From Malacoraja senta (taxonomy: Eukaryota): 64,000 bases of DNA. This document shows, in pieces, positions 12,130-25,305 of this stretch. The notes beneath the pieces are model-generated. The model was not told the DNA's origin. It did not search any database and worked only from the letters and a program-made list of their open reading frames with translations. The stretch is taken from positions 9,860,001 to 9,924,000 of the forward strand of contig CM075990.1 in NCBI GenBank assembly GCA_038087875.1, given 5' to 3'. The position numbers and the translations under genes were made by a program. The first letter of the stretch is position 1; every line of letters begins with the position of its first letter.

Positions 12130-14977
12130 GTGACAGGAGGATCCAGAATGTGTGAAGATAAAGCTCTAGATGTAAAAGGGGCAAAAACAGAAAGGAAGGG
12201 TAGTAAAAATCATCTGAAAGTGCTGTATCTAAATGCACGGAGTATTCGAAATAAGATAAATGAATTAACGGTGCAATTAAGTACATATAGTTATGATATC
12301 GTGGCCATTACGGAGACATGGCTGCAAGGGGATCAGGATTGGGAGTTAAATATAGAGGGGTACTCGGGCCCTTTTAATAAGGGAGGGAATAACGGCAATA
12401 GAGAGGAAGGATATTGCGTTGAAGGATCAGGATAGTGAAACAGCTTGGGTACAGATAGAGAATAACAAGGGGACAAAAACACTAGTGGGTGTAATTTATA
12501 GACCTCCAAATAGCTGTGACGCTGTTAGTCAGAACATAAATCTGCAAATAGTTGACGCATGTAAAAAGGGAACTGCTGTAATCATGGGGGACTTCAATTT
12601 TCATATTAATTGGGCAAACCAAACTGGGCAGGGTAGACTAGAGGAAGAGTTTATAGAATGTATTAGAGACGGGTTCCTAGAACAGTATGTCACAGAACCG
12701 ACAAGGAGGGAGGCAATCTTGGATCTGGTCCTGTGTAATGAAGCAGGATTAATTAAAAATGTCATAGTTAGGGACTCGTTGGGAACAAGTGACCACAATA
12801 TGGTCGAATTCCATATTCAAATAGAAGGGGAGCAGGTTGAAACTCAGGCTAGGGTACTGAGTCTAAATAAGGGGGATTATGAAGGTATGAGGACTGAGCT
12901 GATCAAAGTTGACTGGGATAGCAGACTCAAGAATAAGACGGTACATGAGCAGTGGTGTACGTTTAAGGATCTACTGTATAACCTTCAAGAAAAATTTATT
13001 CCTATGAAGAAAAAAAGGGGTAAGGGAAAGAACAGTCAGCCATGGCTCAGTAAAACTATAAAGGATAGTATTCAGCTGAAGGCAAGGGCATATAAGGTAG
13101 CTAGTGGGAGGGTAGAGGATTGGGAAGCATTTAAAGGTCAGCAAAAAATAACTAAGAGATTAATTAAGACGGGGAAAATAGACTATGAAAGGAATTTAGC
13201 GAACAACATAAAAACTAATAGTAAGAGTTTTTATAGCTATATAAAAAGAAAAAGGGTGGCTAAGGTGAACGTTGGTCCATTGGAGGGTGAGACTGGAGAG
13301 TTGTTGGTGGGGAACATGGAAATGGCAAAGGCATTAAACGAGTATTTTGTATCAGTCTTCACCATAGAAGACACAAAAAATATTCCAACGCTGGATAAAC
13401 AGGGGGCGGTAGGAATGGAGGAGCTAAATACTATTAAGATCACCAAGGAGGTGGTATTAGGGAAATTAATGAGACTGAAGGAGGATAAATCCCCTGGGCC
13501 TGATGGATTACATCCAAGGGTCTTGAGGGAGATAGCGGTGGGGATTGTGGATGCATTGGTGATAATTTTCCAAAACTCCCTGGAGGCAGGAACGGTCCCA
13601 GTGGATTGGAAAATGGCCAATGTAACACCTATATTTAAAAAAGGAAGTAAACAGAAGGCGGGTAACTATAGACCGGTTAGTCTAACATCGGTGGTGGGTA
13701 AAATGTTAGAGACAATTATTAAAGAAACACTAACGGGGCACTTGGATAAACATGACTTCATCGGACAGAACCAGCATGGTTTTGTGAAGGGGAAGTCCTG
13801 TTTAACGAATCTGCTCGAATTCTTTGAGGAAGTAACAACCCGGGTGGATAAAGGGGAACCGGTGGATGTGGTATACTTGGACTTCCAAAAGGCTTTTGAC
13901 AAGGTGCCACATAAGAGACTATTGCTAAAAATAAAAAATTATGGGATTGGGGGTAATATATTAGCATGGGTAGAGGATTGGCTAACAAATAGGAAGCAGA
14001 GAGTGGGGATAAATGGTTCATACTCGGGATGGCAACCGGTAACTAGCGGGGTTCCGCAAGGGTCGGTGCTGGGACCCCAGTTGTTCACAATTTATATAAA
14101 TGATTTGGAGGAGGGAACCAAGTGTAATATATCAAAATTTGCGGACGATACAAAAATGGGAGGAAAAGTAGGGGATGAGGAGGATAGGAAGAGTTTGCAA
14201 AAGGATATAGATAAGCTAGGTGAGTGGGCAACAACTTGGCAGATGAAATTTAATACTAATAAATGTGAAGTCATTCACTTTGGGAAAAAAAATGATAGGG
14301 CAAGTTATTTTCTAAATGAGGTGGAGCTGCGTTGTAATGCAACGCAAAGGGATCTAGGGGTAGTAGTACATGAATCACTAAAAGTTAGTATGCAGGTGCA
14401 GCAAGCAATCAGGAAGGCCAATGGAGTTTTGGCCTTTATTGCTAGGGGGATTGAGTATAAAAACACGGAGGTCTTGCTGCAGCTGTACACAGTATTAGTG
14501 AGACCACATTTGGAATACTGTGTACAGTTCTGGGGTCCATACTTAAGAAAGGATGTACTGGCCCTGGAGGCAGTGCAGCGAAGGTTTACAAGATTAATTC
14601 CTGCAATGAAGGGATTGACATATGAGGAAAGGTTAAGTAGGCTGGAACTCTACTCTTTGGAGTTTAGAAGAATGAGAGGCGATCTCATTGAAACATATAA
14701 GATCGTGAGGGGCCTTGATCGGGTGGATGCACCGAGGATGTTCCCAATGATCGGGGAAACTAGAACTAGGGGACATAGTTGTAGAATAAGAGGGGGCTCT
14801 TTTAAAACTGAGATGAGGAAGAACTTCTTCACCCAGAGGGTGGTTAATTTATGGAATTCACTGCCCCAGGGAGCAGTGGAAGCAGAAACATTAAATATAT
14901 TTAAGTCTAAAATAGATGTTTTTTTAGCTGCCAAGGGGATAAGGGGCTACGGGGAGAGGGCAGGGATATGGACCTAG
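12130..14977 (+). pseudogene. CR1 ORF2 with frameshifting deletion in the endonuclease domain
   Basis: The frame shifts near 12366 (IEGYS | ALLIREGI), where the usual R-x-D-R...GGGV segment is missing. The downstream 852 codons are uninterrupted. Confidence 0.88.
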
Positions 14978-16234
14978 GTATGGTTAGTATAGTAAGACCT
15001 GAGTGATCTCCTGGACAAGTGTCGATCGCCTGGATTGGGGTCGGAGAGGAATTTCCCGGATTTTTTTCCCGAATTGGACCTGGGTTTTTATCCGGTTTTT
15101 TGCCTCCCCCAGGAGATCACGCGGTTCTTGGGGTGGAGAGGGGTGATAGCAATATAAAGGGGAGGGTAGTGTCTTGTGTTCTGTGTCTTGTGTCTACTGT
15201 TTGTGGGTAAGGGTGTCTGTTTAGTGTTCAGCCATGAGCGAATGGCGGTGCGGGCTCGATGGGCCTGGTGGTCTACTCTCGCACCTACTTTCTATGTTTC
15301 TATGTTTCTATATAACCTATAACACTTGAGATAGCTTTTATTACTTGCTTACATAAGTCCAGTATATTGTGAAGTACAGAAAACAAACAAATAACAAATT
15401 TGCATTGAAAAGCTAAAAACTGCAGATGCTAGCAATCTGAAATAAAAGCAAAGCTTAAATTTATAGTTCATTTCAATGTTTATATTTTTTGATTTTTGCA
15501 ATTATGTAAGTTTTCCAAGTATTCTGTATCTGTAATATTTTTTTAATTGCACAGAGTGTGGAATACTCATCTTTTATTAATGCAAGTTACTACAGATGTA
15601 TTGTTAATTAGTCTGATTATTTTTAATTTTTCTTCAAGCTTCACAAATGAAACACCACCAATGGAGTTTCTGGCTGGAGATTAAAAGCAAGTTTGGCAGG
15701 CTGACTATTTTCTGCATTCCCCTCCCTCAGTCAGACAGGGATACAATCCCATTTATTACACTCAGTTGACTTGGCAAATTAAATGTTGAACATGGCTCTT
15801 TACTGGTTTCGTAACTCTGTTCTTTACTAAGTTGTTGGAGTACTTTATTTTAACATTATTTATTATATCAGTTGTTTAAGCAGAACATTACTTAACTATC
15901 TTTAATTGATTTAATCCAAAAATTAATGAGTTTGCAGAGGGGAAACTGGAAATGATATTTTTCTTTGACCATGTTCCTGTTCATGCCTGTTCATTGTCAT
16001 TTGTCCTTGATTGATGTGATTGGGAACTCACCATATGACTTCATTGAATTTGGCAGCTGACTGCATTGATGCTGCACCTGTTGAGTACAATGCTGTGCTA
16101 CGTGTCGTGTTATATAAGCTTTCATCTGCAGTTAGAACTGCACTTTGAGATTTCATTGCCTACTGCATTACTAGGTAGTTTTGTCAGTATCATTAAAATA
16201 ATTTATTTTAATAACAATCTAATTTTCTTTACAG

Positions 16235-16381
16235 AGCAACTGTGGTGAGAAGATTAGAATCCGTAAAGTATTGATGAACTCTCCTGAGATAATCACTATT
16301 GGTCTGGTCTGGGACTCGGATCATTCTGATCTTGCCGAAGATGTTATTCACAGTCTTGGAACATGCCTCAAACTTGGAGAT
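16235..16381 (+). CDS. USP54: USP54 coding exon (USP domain)
   Basis: cag|[49 protein letters not shown]|gtaaga; 147 nt, phase 0/0. Confidence 0.95.
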
Positions 16382-17953
16382 GTAAGATGGTTATCAGTGT
16401 TATTGCTGAATGTAAATGAAATGCAATACCTGTGACGTATGCACTTTGCAAAATGAAGTAAGAGCAATATGCCAGCAGTACAAGATGCTCATATGAAATA
16501 AAAAATAAGTGGTGATAAGAGACTTAAAATAGTCAAACTTCCACGACAGGGCATTGGAATTGTTAACTTATTTGTAATACCGGGTCTCACAAAGAAGGTA
16601 GTAAGTGAATTTAAGATATTTTGGTTATAATTTTCCAAAACTCTCCAAACTCAAATTTTTTACTGTAGATATTGAAGAAGGGAGAGTCAAACTTGGCAAA
16701 ATATGTTTTATATGTAGTGAGTAAATTACCCGAATTCTAGGACAAGTAAGTACGAACAATGAGAATCGATGTGCATGAAATAAGTGGACCATGTTTGTCT
16801 TAAGAATGCCTAAAGGCCAGTCGCCCAATAGTTTTTTTAACATCTGAAGTAATGGACTTCCAGACGAAGATCCAACCTCAGAGATTATCAAAAAATAAAG
16901 GTTCATGGAATTCAACATAACTTTGTTGACTGGTTGGGGGTGAGATATAGCAATTAAAAAGAAAGAAAGAATACTCTGGATGTGACAAGTGCCACATTGC
17001 CTAAGTATTAAGTATTAAACATTTTGAAAGAGTATTAATGACATGGATGAAAGAGAAGAAAGTTATATGTTGTGGTGTGCAATGACAGAGACTGTAAGCT
17101 GCATAGATGGGAGCAGCAAGTTACAAAGGCACAAGCTAATTAGTGAATGTGGAGTTCACTGTGGAGAAGTATAAGAAACACGAACCGGAATATTTTGGTA
17201 ATGATGGATCTGTTTGTCTTTTGGCAACAGGAGGCTTCAAAACATTGGGTGAAATAGTGAATCCATTTGATGCATCAGTTATTTGCCAAAATTCCCTGCA
17301 TCACATTTGTAAAATATTATGCACTGCTGTGAGTTGGCGTTTGATGTAGGAATTACTAAAGGTGAAAATTCAGCTAACATGGAAAGAGTTGGAACAGTGA
17401 GATTTACTGATGCATAAAATTTGGATTTAGCGTGAGGTTTGCATCTCAAGCTGTTTCACTTTTCTTTTCAAATTTCAATTCGGTATTTGGAAAAAGAGTT
17501 ATTGTATTCAGTTATTTTGCACGCAGTTGCACATATTTGTTCTTGCCGTTGCATTAATGATGGTATGTGACATGGATCTGAAACTTGTAAGTCTGGAATT
17601 GCATGAGACTTCTCTTGGAGCTCTCTTCAGGTGGAATTTCGAAATAAATGATAAATTAATAAAATAAAATCACACCTGTAGACATGGTAATTATTCCCTT
17701 TTAGTTGTTAGTGTGGTTTTCTTGTGTATATTTTCTAGAGGCCATGTCAGTTAACCTGTATTGGCTGAAAACTAATGAAAAACTGAAATATAATTAATTA
17801 TACACTGCCCTGTATACCAAGTGATCTTTATGCTGTTGGATTCGCTGTAAAATCACACATAAGCTCAACACTTATATCTTACCCTATAATGTCAGCCCAC
17901 TCAATCAACTTCCATCAAAGTTTAAGTCATTCATTCAAACATATTATTATGAA

Positions 17954-18164
17954 GTGAAACACAAAGTACTGAAGAAACCCAACGGTTCAGGCAGCATCTG
18001 TGGAAGTATAGGCAGTATAGCTGATGTTTTGGGTTTTAACCAGAAGGGTCCTGACCTGAAACGTTGCCTACCCATTCCCTCCACAGATGCTGCCTGACCC
18101 GCTGACTTACTCCAGCACGTTATGTTTTACTAAAGATTCCAACATCTGCAGTTCCATGTGTCTC
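17954..18164. mobile_element. Penelope terminal-repeat foldback insertion
   Basis: Inverted arms caggcagcatctgtgga / tccacagatgctgcctg; degenerate TSD catattattatgaa / catattaagatgaa. Confidence 0.75.
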
Positions 18165-19244
18165 CATATTAAGATGAATCTTTGGAAGCGCTAGCATTTC
18201 AGCCATTCCAATGATAGGTTCTGGACAGAAACCCATTAAAAGTCTTAGATTTACTTAGTGACGGTTGGCATTGCAGTTGTCATGACGCTCCGTGGCTGGA
18301 TTCTCCATGAATGGTACCAGTAGAATCCAGTCTTGCTGAGATTCCCTAGCATTGCACTTGGAAAATCACCCTTTGGTTCAAATACAGGCCAGTCATGGAA
18401 TAGGATCAGAGACCACATTCATCTTTGTAGATTAGGAAACAAAGAGCAAGGTGAATTATCAAAATTAATTTACATTAGTTTACTGTTTTAGTGTGTTTTG
18501 AATTAACCTTATTTTTAAAAAATGTAATTATTTGCTTCATTTTCATAGTTTTTAAAATGTTAGAATATATAAAAGGTACAAATATCAATTAGTGGCTCTT
18601 GCACAGGACAAGGACTTACCCTTATATTTGCTTGTGCTAAAAGCTGCCAAACTGTGTGGACCAGGCCTTTTTACAATGTCGGGCTTTATCGCTGCGAGGA
18701 TCTTGCTGCCTGATTCCATGTTAAAGCAGTCAGCAAAATCGGCCCTTCACATCTGAGGCAGGGTGAGACCAGAAAGACCCCAGTTCTTTAAGGTTTCATT
18801 ACGATTGATAAAAGAACCAGTGTAAACAACACCGAAGATGGTGATATCTTTAGAATTAAACTAGATGTTAACTAGAAAGCTGCCTCTGTTTTTGTGGGGA
18901 TTGTTGTGGCTTTTAAGACACTTGAAAAACAATGCTATACCAAAGATAACAAAAACATAATATTAACTGCAGATTTAATTTAACTTATTTCCAGCTATTC
19001 CCCACCCTCCCCCTCCTTCTCCCTCTTAAGGAATAGGGGGCCATTAAGCCCCCTTGAGACTGTTCTGTCATTCAACAGGTTAATGGCTGAAGGACTATCT
19101 GAAGTCCATAATTCTGCTCTATTTATTCATAACTGTCAAACTCATCTTTGAAAGCAGTTTTTGACTGAGCACTCTGGGATTGAGAAATCCATAAACCTCC
19201 TTTGACTGGAGAAATGCTTCTTCATATATATATTCAAATTCGCA

Positions 19245-19272
19245 TATATATATATATATGTATGTGTGTGTG
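19245..19272. repeat. (TA)n/(TG)n microsatellite
   Basis: tatatatatatatatgtatgtgtgtgtg. Confidence 0.85.
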
Positions 19273-19625
19273 TTACAATTCATTAATTGATAATGTCTGA
19301 TAAATCCCTTTGGCAAAACGTGCATATCTTTTTACATATAATATGGCGTCATATTTAACAAGATCACAACTAGAGCAAATAGAGCACCATGTGGTTTCAC
19401 TGTAGACATTGATTTGTACGCAACTGGCTAATTTGTTTGACTCCAAATAATTTAAACAATATTTGCAGCTTTAACTTGTTGATAAGGAACACCATTTTGT
19501 TTTCTAAAAAAAAACGTGATATTAACTAGGATGACTTGAAATTTTCTCAATGTGGTTAACCGAGGCTGGTTTAAAAATAGCCTGTCACAATTCCATGCTC
19601 CAAAGGATATCCTTTTATTTGACAG

Positions 19626-19775
19626 CTATTCTATCGAGTGACGGATGACAAAGCTAAGCATACAGAGCTTTATTTGGTCGGCATGGTGTGTTACTATGGC
19701 AAACACTATTCTACCTTCTTCCTCCAAACAAAAATTCGCAAATGGATGTATTTTGATGATGCTCATGTGAAAGAG
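19626..19775 (+). CDS. USP54: USP54 coding exon (His box of USP domain)
   Basis: cag|[50 protein letters not shown]|gtaggt; 150 nt, phase 0/0. Confidence 0.96.
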
Positions 19776-20586
19776 GTAGGTGATCTTTTCCTAAAATATC
19801 ACATCTTGTCACTGCAATCTAGTCCAAGAGTTATTCTTATTGCTGGCCTCAGTGGCTGATTGCTTCAGGGTAGGCAATAATATGAGCACATGAATAATGT
19901 TGACAGCCTTTTCATATGCATTATTTTTAATGCTTAGCTCATGTCTTTGCTTCCTCCATACTTGTTTTAGAATGGTGTTTTGAACTGGGTATTCTGACAG
20001 TCATATCTGAATGAATCTTTCAAAAAAAGAACATACCCCAGACTCTGAATTTGGTTTTCTTTAAAGAGAACACGCAGCTTTAAAATGTGGAGATGTCAGA
20101 ACAGCAATTCTATGAACAACAATGTCCAATTCAGAGCAGTATCACAAATGTTAAGATATGCAGTGTTATCCAAATTTGCCTGCGACATTGCAGCCTTTCT
20201 TACTGTTTGTATGTAATTTGTGCATTCTCCACCTCAACACTGCATTCTGTTCCAAGCTCAGATTGCCAAACGAGCAAAGTGCTGCTTCCTGTTCTCTTTC
20301 ATTAAAGGTCTCTCTCCCAGAACCAAGATCACAATGCAATCAGATAGATGTTTTTGGATTGCTACTGTTGCAGAATAAAACAGCTTCAGTTTCCTCACCA
20401 CACTTAGCTACAAATAAGTTTGCATGTAACAAGGCTGAGCACAATTTACAATTTAAGAAGGCCATGTCTATGTTGATTTGATTTGAGAAATGTAGTTTAA
20501 AGACAATTGATACTTTAACTGCTGATGATGCAGTAGAAATTGTATAGTAATAATCAGTGTCGTAATTCGAAATGTTTCCAATTTAG

Positions 20587-20752
20587 ATTGGACCCAAGTG
20601 GAAGGACGTTGTGACCAGATGCATTAAGAGCCACTATCAGCCATTACTACTTTTGTATGCAGATCCAAGAGGCACTCCTGTATCTGCACAAGATCTACCA
20701 GTAGCAGACACCCATCAGTACAGCCGAACTTGTTATGATAGTGAAGATTCAG
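20587..20752 (+). CDS. USP54: USP54 coding exon (end of USP domain)
   Basis: tag|[29 protein letters not shown]...RTCYDSEDS|gtaatt; 166 nt, phase 0/1. Confidence 0.95.
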
Positions 20753-22419
20753 GTAATTATGATTTTTATATTCATGGTTTATTTAATATCTCTGAATTTG
20801 ATTGTGAACAGATTGAGTAAAGAGTCTGTACGAGTATCTTATTTTGCCTCAGTAGAATTGAAAGAGTTCAATTTTATTTCTTTAATTAAACTTTTTGCAT
20901 TCCATCTCCAGTTCAATGCCAGTTCAATAGAATGTTCCTTCAGGCAATTCGTCAGCAAAGCTCTTACAGATTGCTACCACCATTTTACATAATTGTGTTT
21001 CAGAATTTTTTGAGTAATATTACAGTTGAAAAGTAGTTATTCCTTTGTGAGGTTGCTTCTGTTTTGTTTTCCTTGCATCATCTAGATTGAGGTTGAAAAG
21101 CTGTAGCACAGTTGCAGGATGCAAGCAGTGTATTGTATGTTTTGTTTCGATGCTTTTAAATCTCTGTATCCATTCATTCTTGATTCAAAATGTTATGTTA
21201 TGAAGTCTCCATTTAGAGGGTTTTGATATAGCTTAATCGTGATGCTGTCCTAGCACATTGAGTTATAAACAGAGATGGACAATGTGCAATTTATGGGTGG
21301 AGGAGTCTTCTTGAACCATACTTTTCTTAGTCCAGAGGAGTCTAGCAGGCATTTGCTGCTATTCTTAGCCAAATGTGCCTTTTTCTGGGGTGCCCACTGT
21401 CATAGATGTTTTAAACCTTATATGTTTTCAGCCATAAATGGCCCGGTTAAGTTTGGGACGTATGACAATAAAACACTCTTGAAGTTACTGTCCAATGCAC
21501 TGGATAATTGCCAGAGGCATGAAAAAGATTAAAGTGGTGCTAAATCCTTTGCTCTACAACTTGTTCCGATACAACTGTGACAGTATCTACAATTACTGTA
21601 GATTTTGCTAATTATCCAGGTGTGATCTATCCATTCGGAGCTAATTACCAACAAAAAAAAGCAACGTTGGTAAATGCACTGCTCAGTTTACTACGAAGGT
21701 GAGCATTGAGCGGATGAGGGTTTGTTTCCAGTTTTTTCAGTGTTAGCAGAACTCAGTTAAGTTGTCTTTTTGGTCTGTGCTTCTGGATGGAATTCCTGCT
21801 TTTTTCCTCCAAAGGCATTTTGCTGAAGAAAACATTGGAACTACGCCTAATTGTTAGTGAGTATAAATTAAATAGGAGGGACTATCTTGCAAATGATATA
21901 TGGGTGCAGTGGGCAGCTGCATGTCTGGAACTTAATTTGGTGTTGGGTTTGGGGCTATAGATGGAAAGGATTGAAAGCATGCGTGAGGAATTGTTCAATT
22001 ACTAGCTCCAATCGCGGCTCATTAGTTCTTCACCAGGTGTCATTTCGAGTCAGAATGCAAAACCATGTATTCAGACTAAAAACACAATTTTTCTTTGCAC
22101 TTGCTTGACAGCATTTATTTGTTTACCTTGGAAACAATGTCTAGTTATATGGAGACAGGCATAGTCAGTTTTTAAAACTGCTTGTTAAAAATGTATATGG
22201 AGCATTTAATTAAGAGTTATTGTGTTTTCTGTTCAATTAACATATTCAATTGTGAGATGATTCACAGGCACCTTTCTGGTGTAAAGTGCATGTCATTCTT
22301 ACACATGTCTTTTCCCAAACTGGGCACACCAATACCCATTTAGATGGCAGGTGTGGTTGTCTAGAAAATATGATGTGCTGTAGATGGTCTTTCAGACTTG
22401 TTTTTATGGGGTTTTACAG

Positions 22420-22590
22420 GAAGGGAGCCATCTATATCCAGTGACAGCAGAACAGATTCTTCGAATGAGAGCTACCATTACAAGCACAGTCATCAAGAGT
22501 CTATGGTCAGCCATTTCTCATCTGATTCACAGGGTACAGTGATTTGCAACATGGAAAACGATACAGCTTCTCAAAGCAGCAGGGATACAG
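22420..22590 (+). CDS. USP54: USP54 coding exon
   Basis: cag|(G)[56 protein letters not shown]|gtacta; 171 nt, phase 1/1. Confidence 0.95.
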
Positions 22591-22859
22591 GTACTATAAA
22601 TTGTAAAATGATTGGTGACTCCAAGAATTGAAAATCAATCTGTGGTATGGCAGAACCCAGCATAATGGAGTTAATTAAGACTTTGTGGTTGTCATTTACA
22701 GAAAATTAATTTTACAATTGGTGAGAAAATCTGAAAAGAAAGATTCAATTATTCAATGTTGATTCATTTTTGGCTCCACATGTGAACCTTTAAGTGGGGA
22801 ATTAGAATATTTTCTGAGAACATCTGATGAAAGGGATTTATTTTCCTTTCTTTTAAATA

Positions 22860-23118
22860 GGCTGCAGTAAACGGCAGCTAATAGAACTGTTTCCTTACTG
22901 CTCCTGCAAATTAGTTTCAATCATGGTCTCTCGTGCTGTCAGTGTGCAGTTTGTGCATTCTCCCTGTGAGCACGTTGGTTTTCCCAGGTGCTCCAGTTTC
23001 TTCCTGCATTTTAGAGACTTGTAAATGAGTGCATTAACTGGATGCTATAAATTGCTCCTCCTAATTTGGAGGTGAGAAGTAGAATTTGAGGGGGCATTGA
23101 TGGGAAAGTGGGGAGAAT
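22860..23118 (+). mobile_element. Degenerate HE1/V-SINE-like SINE
   Basis: Core gtttgtgcattctccctgtgagcacgttggttttcccaggtgctccagtttcttcc, homologous to the reverse complement of 9966-10231. Confidence 0.6.
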
Positions 23119-23189
23119 GTGGAGATTATGGAATTTAATCCAAACAAGTGTGAGATGTTGCATTTTGGGGAGTCGAATGTAAGCTTAAC

Positions 23190-23525
23190 ATCTCTATATA
23201 CCTATAAAAGTCTGATCTTGTGTGTGTGTGTGTGTGTGCATGTCTGTCTGTATGCATTGTATCTTCCACAAAACGATATGCTCGAACTCTTAAATTTTTA
23301 CATATTCCTACTCACATTTTTCCCCTCCACGACCTCATCAGGTACACCACAGATTTCATGCTCTATTTCAAAAGTTATTCACGATTAAAGTTAAAAAACA
23401 AAAACAAAAACCGCTTCTCACAGAGAGCCTTTATCCAGCAGCTTCAAATGATGATGTCACAATGCCACTCACAGTGCACCAATCACAATTGACTCTCAGG
23501 GCTGATCGGAGAGAGGGGGCGGAAT
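23190..23525 (+). mobile_element. Possible non-autonomous Helitron-like fragment with (TG)n
   Basis: Begins a|TCTCTATATACCTATAAAA followed by a (TG)n tract, resembling Helitron 5' ends; no diagnostic 3' hairpin/CTAG recognised. Confidence 0.35.
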
Positions 23526-25305
23526 CTCCCTGTCGGTTTGCTCCTGGGCCTGGCCAAGATGGCAATTCGCAGGCCCCCCCCAACCAAGGGCAATAGAGGC
23601 CTAGAATACAGTGCCAGAGAAGGTGGTGGAAGTATATAAGATGGCAACATTTAAGAGGCATTTGGACACGCACATAAATAGCAGAAGTTGGAGGAATATA
23701 AATTGCGCTGGTAGATTGAATTAGTTTAAATTGGCTTGATCGGTAAGGCATCTTGTGCTGAAAGGTATATTCCTGTGCTATATTATTCTACAGTATGTCT
23801 ATGTTCAATGTGTACAAAATACTGGTGAATCATGAACTTTTACACCCATCCCATTCTACCAACATATAAGTGAATTCTAGAAATCCCTTTGATCCTTGAG
23901 TTCTGCTTTCTTTTCTAAACACTCCTGAGAAGTAAATTGTATGCCATTTTAGGTATGCAAAATAGGTTCAGTATTTCTGAATGCTGAAAGTTATTAACCT
24001 TTGTGCAATGCAAGCAACGCAGAAAGTAACCTGTGTGTAAAAGAATAATATGAATTTAAAAGGGAAGTTAGGGGTTTTGGGAAAACTAAGTTTATAAAAA
24101 TGAGTTGGAAAGGTGGAGAAAAAGGAAATTTGGAGGTGGAAATTGGAGAAGGTGAGAATATTGGATTGGTTGGGATAATATGGTGCAGTGGTCCATTTAA
24201 CAAAACTAGAAAGGGCTGAAGTTGGTAGGAAAGATATAGATAGAGAGCTGGGGATGGTGAGCTGAGAGATGGTTGACAATTGTTGGAATTGGAGGATGGC
24301 GAGCAAAGTACATGAGCAGGAAGAACTATAAAAGCTGTGGGGATGGGAGCAAATGAGGCTAAATGCACCGAGCTGAACAATAAAGCAGAACATCATTTGG
24401 TCGAATGTATGATAGAGTTCAAAAGACACAGAAACAATAATGAATAAGGTTTAGGAAAAGCAATCTGTCAATTTTTGTGGTGTGTTGGATGTTTGACTTT
24501 CATGCCTAGTTTTATAATGTTAAAAAAATTATACTTTTTATAATTATAAAATTATAATGTAAATTATAATTATAAATTTTATAATGTAAATCTTCCTTTT
24601 AAAATAAAAATGTTGACATCCAGATTTTTTACTAGAAATCATTTTGTTTTTCAGAAAGAAATAATTCATAAACTACCATTCAATGCGCAGTTGTAATAGC
24701 CTGTATAGTTCCCCACAGCTGGGTGTTTAAGAAATAATTTAAGTGAGGGGTTTATTCTTTCCACTGGTTGAACTGCACAAGCATGATAAATGCAAGAATA
24801 GGAAGGGGGGTGATAGGTAAAGGTCCTTTATGCAGTGTGGTACATGTTTGGGGTTTGGAAAATAGCTTGAGTATATAAATGACATAATGCTGTGAAAATA
24901 TATATTTTAACATAGGGAGGAAAGTTCTATACAGAATTGGAACAATGAAGTCACTGACTACAGCATAATTACAGTCAGCTACAAGCTGTTGCTTGATAAT
25001 AACTGGTGTAATACTATGGATCATGGGTAATATCACAAAGTGTTGGCACCACTGTGTCAACCAGTCAGTTAAAGACAGTCTAGGCTCAGAACAGACTGTC
25101 TATTTCAGCTTTCCTTTATGAATATGATGCAAGATCTGTGGACTGGTGAGCATTCAATATAGAGATTTATTTTTAAAGTAGGTCTACAGAAAATTTCTGC
25201 CTTTTTGAATATGCAGTGACTTGCAATGTCCCATTTACTGGGCTGTGCCATATTTTCTTAAAATTAAAATTAATTTTATCTTAAGAAATTGATATTTTGT
25301 CCCAG

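Larger units (their letters stand above)
10960..15311 (+). mobile_element. Near full-length CR1 LINE (ORF1 zinc finger/leucine zipper plus SGNH esterase; ORF2 APE endonuclease plus RT)
   Basis: ORF1 has CQYC...CSKC, LAELELRIDELETQL, GDSIIRG, GTND, DGLHLN. ORF2 has YLNARS, ITETWL, MGDFN, SDH, YRPVSLTS, YLDFQKAFD, GVPQGSVLGP, FADD. Tail is (TTCTATGT)n. The 5' boundary is approximate and no TSD was found. Confidence 0.95.

Noticed and set aside
11312..14934. Multiple - strand ORFs
   Set aside because: Antisense shadows of CR1 ORF1/ORF2
20308..20481. Phase-compatible open frame after a pyrimidine-rich AG between two USP-domain exons
   Set aside because: No convincing donor, no similarity to USP54, and it would truncate the catalytic domain; likely chance
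23968..24429. 153-aa and 128-aa - strand ORFs
   Set aside because: Complement of a purine-rich low-complexity tract; biased composition and no motifs
24500..24592. AT-rich quasi-tandem TTATAATGTAAA repeats
   Set aside because: Simple low-complexity slippage; no evidence of function
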